Part shown: in pieces, positions 56,224 through 64,000 of the stretch
How the letters are laid out: every line of letters begins with the position of its first letter
How positions within the stretch are numbered: position 1 is the stretch's first letter
Made by a program: the position numbers and the translations under genes
Assembly: GCA_000320545.1 (NCBI GenBank)
Contig: ADNK01001857.1
Location: forward strand, 1 to 64,000
Direction: 5' to 3'
Length of the DNA stretch: 64,000 nt
From: Bigelowiella natans CCMP2755
Taxonomy: Eukaryota; Protista; Cercozoa
Notes under the pieces: generated by a model
What the model was told of the DNA's origin: nothing
The model's database searches: none
The model's input: only the letters and a program-made list of their open reading frames with translations

Positions 56224-57505
56224 GTCACAAGTCGTCAGAAATGTGATGAACGAGAGTTTGTAAGTTCCATTATATAATGATGATAGCCCTCCTATACGAA
56301 TATCTAGGCATGGATGTTGTACTCTAATGGTGTTTATTGCTGACCAGGACATGGGGGTATATCGGGTTCATTGTGCTTATGTAGGAAAGAAGATTTTCCA
56401 ACATCACGTATGTTATAGTATCAACCTGTACCATGCTTCATTCAGTGGTGAAACTTGATGATTATGATGATGATGATGGTGATGATAATGATGAAGCGTA
56501 GAAGACATATTCAATGATAATCGTTATCATTGGTGACAATATCATTAGATTTCATAAAATGAGATGCATACAATGGGTACAACGGCATACGATAAATCAT
56601 ACATACATCCACACACAAACACGACCTTAACAACCCAAGTCTTGTTCATGTCGCTTACTGAATCAATACATAGGAGAAGAAGATATGCAGCTTTATGCGA
56701 TGATACAATTTGGCACAATAGCTCTTCATAGCAGATAATTATTTCAATTACTATTCAATTGTTGCCTTATGATTCATAATCATCTCTACAAATGCTTCAT
56801 CATTTCCTTCTTCTTCATCAACATTATCATCACATTGTCATTATCGCCTTATGATTAACTAAGTATCACCTTGATCACGAATTTTGGTAAGAGCCCATGC
56901 AAATTGGGTTACAGGAACTTCGTTATCTACAGGCAGCATTTTTGACAATTAGTTTCCAAAGAATAGCATGCACACCTCCACATATACTACTACTTTAACG
57001 TCGTGGTGCACGTTTACGATTACGACAACAAGGGATTGGCTGCTCCATCATCATCTCAATGATTTGTGAATTAACCTGGGGTCCATAAATGCACATGCTT
57101 CGGTAAGGTAGTCGCATTTGCGATTGGCGTGGTCTTGTCGTCATAGTTGTAATACAAAAAAGATCAGTCACTTCGACGAGGAGTCCGACGCAAATTTCTG
57201 TCATTTTTTTACCGTTTGCTTCCCATGCTTTGTAACAATGTCCAGGATGATTCGGAAGTCTCTTTTCCCCTAAATGAGAGCGATATCATTGGATTTCTGA
57301 GTAATGAAAGTGGGTAATACTTAATTAAGTACATATTGGCACCTTGGCATCGGAAACGAGAGGTGCTTTCCCCCATGTATTCAGTACGGCCTAAGCGAAT
57401 CAAGTAGGATTCATGCATACAAACCTATCTCTGAACTTCTGCATAAATATAATACTACCTTTATCCGTTCCGGATGTCTCTCTCTGTCAACGCTTTTAGA
57501 ATATA

Positions 57506-57539
<34 letters not shown>

Positions 57540-58055
57540 AATATTATATGTTGGGAGGAGGAGGAGGAGGCATCATAACGAACAACATCAAGGTAGCACC
57601 AGTTAAAAAAGATATTTTCCACCTTGTCGGAAAAATCAGAAAAACAACTTCGATTATCTCGCGAGGTTGCTCTTCCTGTCGTAGCCAGTGTGCGGATAAA
57701 AATGATGACGATGATGATGATGATGATACTGCAGATTGCGCTGAATAATCCCAAGTCGAGAGATACATAAGAGTTGCGCAAATCCCGAAGATGGTCAGTA
57801 TGGCGAAAGCCCCCACATTCTTTCTGTTGTACATCTGCCAAGTTACATTGAAGTAGTAAAAATAGATTCGAGGAGACATGCGTGAACCATGCCTATGACA
57901 ACCTGTTTCCTGAGGTGCTGGTAACCGATGTGTAAAATGGAGTGCGGTTTTTTTTTGCCATATTTGATGAAATCGCCACCGGTGGATGCAACATCGTCTC
58001 CTGTCTGGCAGTTGCGCTGTTGTTGAGAAAGGGGATCATCATCGTCGTCTTTCAT
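53862..58055 (-). CDS. C1GALT1/Fringe-like GT31 beta-1,3-glycosyltransferase (type II membrane protein)
   Basis: N-terminal TM (VGAFAILTIFGICATLMYL); RIK|AVLNTWG; WVVK|VDTITYVMLENL; GRRL..FMSG|GAGWVMS; RDVGVTTC; GR|QRFH; DCCSANSITFHYM. Confidence 0.88.
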
Positions 58056-58469
58056 GATGGCTACTGCTCTCCTTGCGCTTACTGTATTTATCCCTCTACG
58101 ACAAAGAAAATGGTGAAATATGTAAACATTTCCCCATCAAACTAGCACTGCGACAACCGTAGATTCTTAACTCGTATCGATACGAAAAATCGACCTTGAT
58201 CTTGTCTCTTGGCGTACTTGGCCACGGATGATGATGAATTTAGCGTTTACCGCTTAATCAACCTGCCATTTCCTGTCTACGGCAATAAAATGTACACTCA
58301 TCTCTACGCCTCTCCACAAATGCGGGAAGCTATTTGCAATCTTCGATGGGACACGTGTTTTTATGTGCCAATTGCAACCGAGCGACAATCAGAAATCTAT
58401 GTCCGACTGGAAAATGACCTGCATCTTTCCTTTGCGTGCTTACCATCCGAACAATCGAAGAAGGTAGCA

Positions 58470-60804
58470 ATGGGGAAAAGGATCAGATGGACTCAAGAGG
58501 AGGAGGCCGCTCTCGTCAGGGGGGTGAAGGATTACGGTGCTGGAAGCTGGGCCAGAATTCTATCGGCTCACAGGAAAACATTCCAGTATTACTCCACCAT
58601 GAATTCGTAGCAGCTCAGACCGATATGACATTAATTATGCTGCAACAAGGTGGATTCGATCTCAAATAATCACCTACTCCTCCATTCTTTGTTCTACTTA
58701 GTCCAGTTCGAACGGGTATTCACTTGAAGGACAAGTGGAGAAACCTGAAGAATAGAGGGTTGGTATCTGGGACAAAGTTGATCAAGCCATCTCCGAGTCT
58801 GGAAGAGGTAGACATCAGATTGTCAGCATCACAAGCAGCTTTAATCCAACTTTACACAATCTGCGACCATGGTTCAATTGTCATTCACTTAACCTTAGAA
58901 CTAAGATACAGATTTGAACGCACAATACTAAGATGAATAGAAAAATGAGTAAGAGGGCACATAAATGCCATGTGGATTATGGAGCAGGAGGAGGTCACGA
59001 ACTACTATGAAATTCTGGGAGTGAGTCCACACTCATGCACAACCTTCGATATCAAGAACGCGTGGGAAGAATATCATCAGCACAACTGTCCAGATATTCA
59101 TACCTCGGAGGAGAATAAGGCAAAATATTTCGATGTGCAAAGAGCTGTTGATATGCTCTCCAATCCAACATCAAAGGTCGCGTACGATCAAAGGTAGATT
59201 CTTTTTTATGACCGTAGTCGTAGCGGAAACAAAACTTCATCACCGTCATAATCAACATAATCATAATCACTACCGCAACCATTATCAATGAGAACGATGC
59301 ACAGAACTGAAAATGAATTAATTGGTACGTGATACTTTGTCAGACTGTTGAGACATTTCCGTAAGCGCGGCAAATCCTGGATAGATAAAGATGGAAATGA
59401 TGAGCGCGGAAGAAAATATCCAAAATTGAGTATGAAGGGTGAGAGAAAAACCGTTGACTTGAAGGATGAGGCCACAGGGGAGGAGGAAAAAAAGAGACTA
59501 AGAGACAAGCCAACCAGCCAAACGCCTCCAAAGTCGCAATCTTCCCAAGTCAGTGACCTTTAACACCAGCCTGTAGACATTGGCACATGAATGTGCACTG
59601 CCACTACGGATGAGAGTCACGTACGACTTACACTGTCTCATTATCATCATATTTCATACTGCAATTCAGGAAGCAAAAGCCGCAACAATCGCATCAGCAG
59701 GTAGTAGTCGCATCATCCTAATATTATTGCTTCGAGTTAATAATACATTGATTTTAGGTGAACGCTCTGCTCAGAGCCCTACATGGACGAAGAAGTTGAC
59801 GAAAAGCAATAATGAGGAGGACTTGATTGATGACAGCCTCCCTCGAGAGATCGGGAGCACTCTTTTTGTAATATATTATTATCTGTAATTCTAGAAATCA
59901 TCATCCTCAAAACGATGTCACCCCAACCTCAAATAATTGGAGACACATGTAGTACATAACCATATATGTACATCTGAAACAGGACGAAGTACAGAACAGT
60001 GAGGAGGAAGACCACGTAGATGAATTACAGGACGAAGAGGAAGAGGAAGACCTCGTAGACGAAGTGCAGCATAGTCAAGAGCAAAGAGATATCGTCAGCG
60101 ATTATTCTGTAGAAAGAAATCAGGAGGATGAGGATGAGGAAAGGGAATTTGAAGAGGATGAAGTCTCGGGGGATATTAGCCCAAATGAGGAAGTAAGCGG
60201 TCCTCACACGTGGACCAAGACAAAGCTAAGGTTGTTGGTGCTCATCATCATCAAAATAATCATATTGTGAATACACAATAAAAACTACTACATTCTGAGC
60301 ATGATTGTGGTACCAGGTCATCTCATTCCTGTGGTTTGGTTGTCCTCGTCCTTTTACTTTGCATTTGTTAGAAACTATCTTAAGAGAATGGGATGCTACT
60401 CTACGGATGAATTGCCCTCGTCGCGACGGGAGTTGGTCATCTACGCAGAGAGGTTCTCCATATCATAATTCTTGGTGTAACTAAACCTACTCACCGTCCC
60501 CTCTTTTCTCTCCTTTTTGACATTCTCACTTATTCTATCTTTAGAATAGGTCATTCATGTATACTGAACTAATTTATATCCATTGCCAAAAACACTATAT
60601 GGAAGTCTCTGGTACTCTGACGATGAAGAGGACGACGAAGAAAAGAGCAGCAGCCTCTCAAACTTCGATGATGAAATTCTTTTTGAAAGCATGTTGAAAG
60701 CGTTCCAGAAACAGCGGTCAAAGCATCTCACACGAAAGCAAAAAGCCCTCACGAAAGACTTCTGGGATCTACTCGTTGAGAAGCAGCTTATTAATTTTGA
60801 CTGA
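58470..60804 (+). CDS. Telobox (TRF-like) Myb-domain protein fused to a degenerate DnaJ domain, acidic C-terminal region
   Basis: RIRWTQEEEAALVRGVKDYGAGSWARIL..|RTGIHLKDKWRNL; then NYYEILGVS..DIKNAW...NCPD..YFDVQRAVDMLSNPTSKVAYD. The 3' end is uncertain by about 100 bp. Confidence 0.85.
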
Positions 60805-61609
60805 TAGGGTACTCACTTGATAACTTCACAATCATCCTTAGCATTTGAGACGTCCATCATCAATGATCGAAGGAACCCTTTAATTACTGCTTAAAACTTC
60901 CCTTAAATTCGAATCTGTAGTATAAGCTTAAATGTGTGTAGCATATATATTGCATAAATGTCTTTGACGGAGTATCTAAAATTTGTCGATTGTCATCCTT
61001 TTAGCATATGTATATATGTATATAATCTGCAAGGCATGCCGTACTTATTATTTGTAACGCTGGTGCTGGTCCTCGTGCACAAAGTCTGTTTGGTGCTGCG
61101 TGTATTTTTGCCATAGTTGTAGAGCGGCTTAGCTTTGTTACGCATTCTGCATTGTGTGGTCTTGCTAGCTTGGACCATGACAGTTTATTGTTTTGTAAAC
61201 AACTATAGTCATGATTAATGATAGGACCAGAGGAGACAGGAAAGCTTCATATGAATTCTCATGCGCGCGAGCTAGACATGCATGCATGCACATCTAGATG
61301 TGGCAACACACTGCACTCACAGCTGGTGATTTACGCTGACTCGTACGCGTCTACGTACGGGCGTCACCTGCTGGCTTGATGCCCCGCCGGTGTATGTCAC
61401 ATGGATCGATGTAGCACATATGCAAAGCGCGTATAGCATTGCATGCTCCACAGTTGCAATACATCGTATCCAGCAGCCTACTGTGTGCACAGCATGCGCA
61501 TATAGCCTTATTGCGAATAGAAGAGAGTATATCATGTCAAAGCAATGCTTGAGGATGATCGAGACACGGTATATACTGTACAAAATCTCGCAGGCATGTA
61601 CGTGCAACG

Positions 61610-62798
61610 CTAATTTTTTTTTCCCTTTATTTTTCCAGTGGAAAACTCCTTTCGAGACATTCCATACCTACAAAGAGTTGATAAAGAAAGTAGCATTTTT
61701 TTTATAAAAGAGCTTTCTGACCAAATTGTTCCAACATACCAAGCACTGCCGACCAGAGATAACATTATTCCGGTGATCTCACCCTGAAATTGTAACCTCA
61801 AGTATATCAGATTATATACAAAGACGCTCAATTTTGAAGCTTACCGTGGAAGGGAAACTCTCAATCCCACATATAAAACTGAGAGCTATGATGATGAACT
61901 TGTGCAGCAACAACACAGCAAATTTCAGTGAATGAAGGTTGAAGTGTAATGAGCATTGAAATCACCTTTTGAATAACTGCTGCTATTCCTTGTACTATAA
62001 CCGCTATCACTCACCACAACAACAACTACTTTTTCTACTACTATCTACATCTACTTCTACTACTCTACTAATATTGCTCCTACTACCACGACTACTATCA
62101 CAAACTGCTGTCTTTACCTTGTTCGAATTCCTCACAACGCTGAACGAAGTTGAAGAGATTAGGGTTTGCAGTCTGATAGCTGTTGTGCTAATAAAGAAAC
62201 CACCCACCATGGTGGCTGCCAAACATGCTTTCTCTAAAACAGGGAGGGCCATCAACTTTCTATACGGCTCCTCCTTTGTAGCTAATTCTCCATTTAAAGT
62301 AGCCATGTACAGAAGGACGGGGCTACTGAGAATACTAAATAATATGTATAGTACGATACGATAGAACAATCGGTTTGATGAAGGAGCACGTAGCGAGGGT
62401 AATAAATAAGTACCAGTGGTAAAATTGCTGTCCATGCATTGATAGCGGCCAGTTCTAAGGGAGAATCATAAAACCACTAATTGAATGTTTTGCGAACAGG
62501 CAATGGAATGACGTTAGGGTCATCAATGGAACTTCTAATTCCCTACCTTGACTAAATGCCGTACCCAAAGGTCGTACAATATATTGCAGGCCAAGTGTAT
62601 CAAAGTCCATATATGAGCAGCTAAGTGTAGCAATTTCTTTCTCAGTTCAGTCTTCAATTTCGTAGTTAAAATTCATTTATTTCGTGCGTCTAACGCACCT
62701 ACTTACTCACTCACCTCTTCCCGCATGTGATAAAACACTGCTCAAACTTCGATAGTAAACCAAAGAGCCGACAAAAATTACTATCAAGGCCCCCACAG

Positions 62799-62833
<35 letters not shown>

Positions 62834-63872
62834 TGCTTATCGACAGCTGCAGCAAATAGAGTAGTAGTTCAGAGAGGGATAATACTTACTACTTCTGTCG
62901 CAAATATTACTGGTGCTGGTGCTGCTACTACTACTGCTACTACCACTATCATATGTTCTGCTCGGGATTATTACCTTTGAAAGCACTGTACGCTGCAGAA
63001 TATGTACTTCGATCACAGCAAAGATCAGCGAGCTCATGTTCCGAAATACGATGAGAGTAGCCAATCCCGCAAATTTCATCGCTGCGAGCACATCCACGGG
63101 GACATTTTTATTCAAAGTAAATTCAAGCATAAAATGAATTTCATCATCATTGCTTCGTCGTCGTCATCATTATCATCATCATCATAATTTCATCCTCATC
63201 ATCCATCATTTTACCTTGCAAGTTAGATGAAAGATTGAACACGAACAAGAGAGTCGCTATAGACCAGCGCACGACGATTCGAGAATCAAATATTGAGTAC
63301 TGTTCAAGGATGTTCCATTCAGTAAAGAAGCACACCATTTCGAAACAACTTCGCCTTTCTATCGACAACGATGCAGAAGGTTACAAAAAATTAAAATATG
63401 CGTGAATTACTTTCAGCTTTTTCTTCTTTTCCTTTGTTCGTATCAAGTAATCATATCCGATTGATGATACAAAATTGAAAGCAAAGGAACACTGAAGGAG
63501 GAGGTTTGGATACCTACACAAAGAAGGAGAATAAGCACTGCCACGGGCATTTCGTCGAAATGTCTTTACTTACCCCCAAGTGTGGACAGCAACTTTGTTC
63601 AGTAGTGTGAGAATGATGGAAAATAAGGCGTAGGCAGTGCACCATGACGCAACCAGTACAGTGGAAGTCGTTGGTGCTGTGCAATGGGAGGAGCCCTCCT
63701 TCATGCCAAACTTGGGGGGGGATGACTTGTCAGCATCCTCATTGTCGTCATCAACTGCTGTTTCCGCATCATCTATTGCAATGGAACTTCGCGTCGATCT
63801 TAAATCTTTCACTCCATTTCTCGTTGAGTTCTCAGGGGCGCCTGGAGGCCTCTTGCGTTTGAGCAAGGGCAT
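61610..63872 (-). CDS. Nucleotide-sugar transporter (GONST/SLC35 GDP-sugar type)
   Basis: AYALFSIILTLLNKVAV; LLFVFNLSSNLQ|AMKFAGLATLIVFRNMSSLIFAVIEV; GFFISTTAIRLQTLISSTSFSVVRNSNK; GIMLSLVGSAWY. Confidence 0.88.
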
Positions 63873-64000
63873 CGTCGTTGGTCAGGACACGTAACTGCTC
63901 GTGGTTGCAGCCATTCGAAAGCAACCACGAACTGATGGTTTATTTAGATATTATTTTATACTATAAATATCTAAATATTCTACATTCCTTTTTCACCGTT

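Noticed and set aside
22631-58390. Shared promoter motifs (CTACGTCA, GCGACAA) and the poly-G run at ~50226-50242 (another at ~148-163)
   Set aside because: Short, also found in coding or 3' regions, and not separable from chance without statistics.
53862-63872. Glycosylation cluster (GT31 plus nucleotide-sugar transporter)
   Set aside because: Separated by an unrelated gene; both families are large, so proximity is likely chance.

Overview
This is eukaryotic nuclear DNA from an intron-rich, microsatellite-dense genome, probably a photosynthetic protist. A chlorarachniophyte-like organism is my inference from the LCIB/theta-carbonic anhydrase and the gene structure. Most ORF-track entries are simple-repeat artefacts. 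Manual exon stitching across GT-AG introns gives 15 protein genes: TRS120/TRAPPC9 (+), PNUTS-like PP1 regulator (-), KA1-like protein (+), GAR1 (-), PITH protein (+), secreted GH43-like protein (-), SLC45/SUT-like transporter (+), rhomboid (-), CK2beta (+), SNAP25-like SNARE (+), OFA-type MFS transporter (-), LCIB/theta-CA (+), C1GALT1-like GT31 (-), telobox-Myb/J-like fusion (+) and a nucleotide-sugar transporter (-). The most notable signal is non-coding. Genes alternate orientation almost perfectly, and the tail-to-tail spacers carry a sequence-specific TpA->TpG/CpA erosion signature that spares CTA/TAG. It is near-complete in three spacers and weaker in five. A 28-bp tandem duplication differs at exactly two such sites. 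This suggests a DNA modification or mutator acting at transcription termination zones. All identifications come from motif recognition by eye; no searches were run, and exon boundaries are manual.
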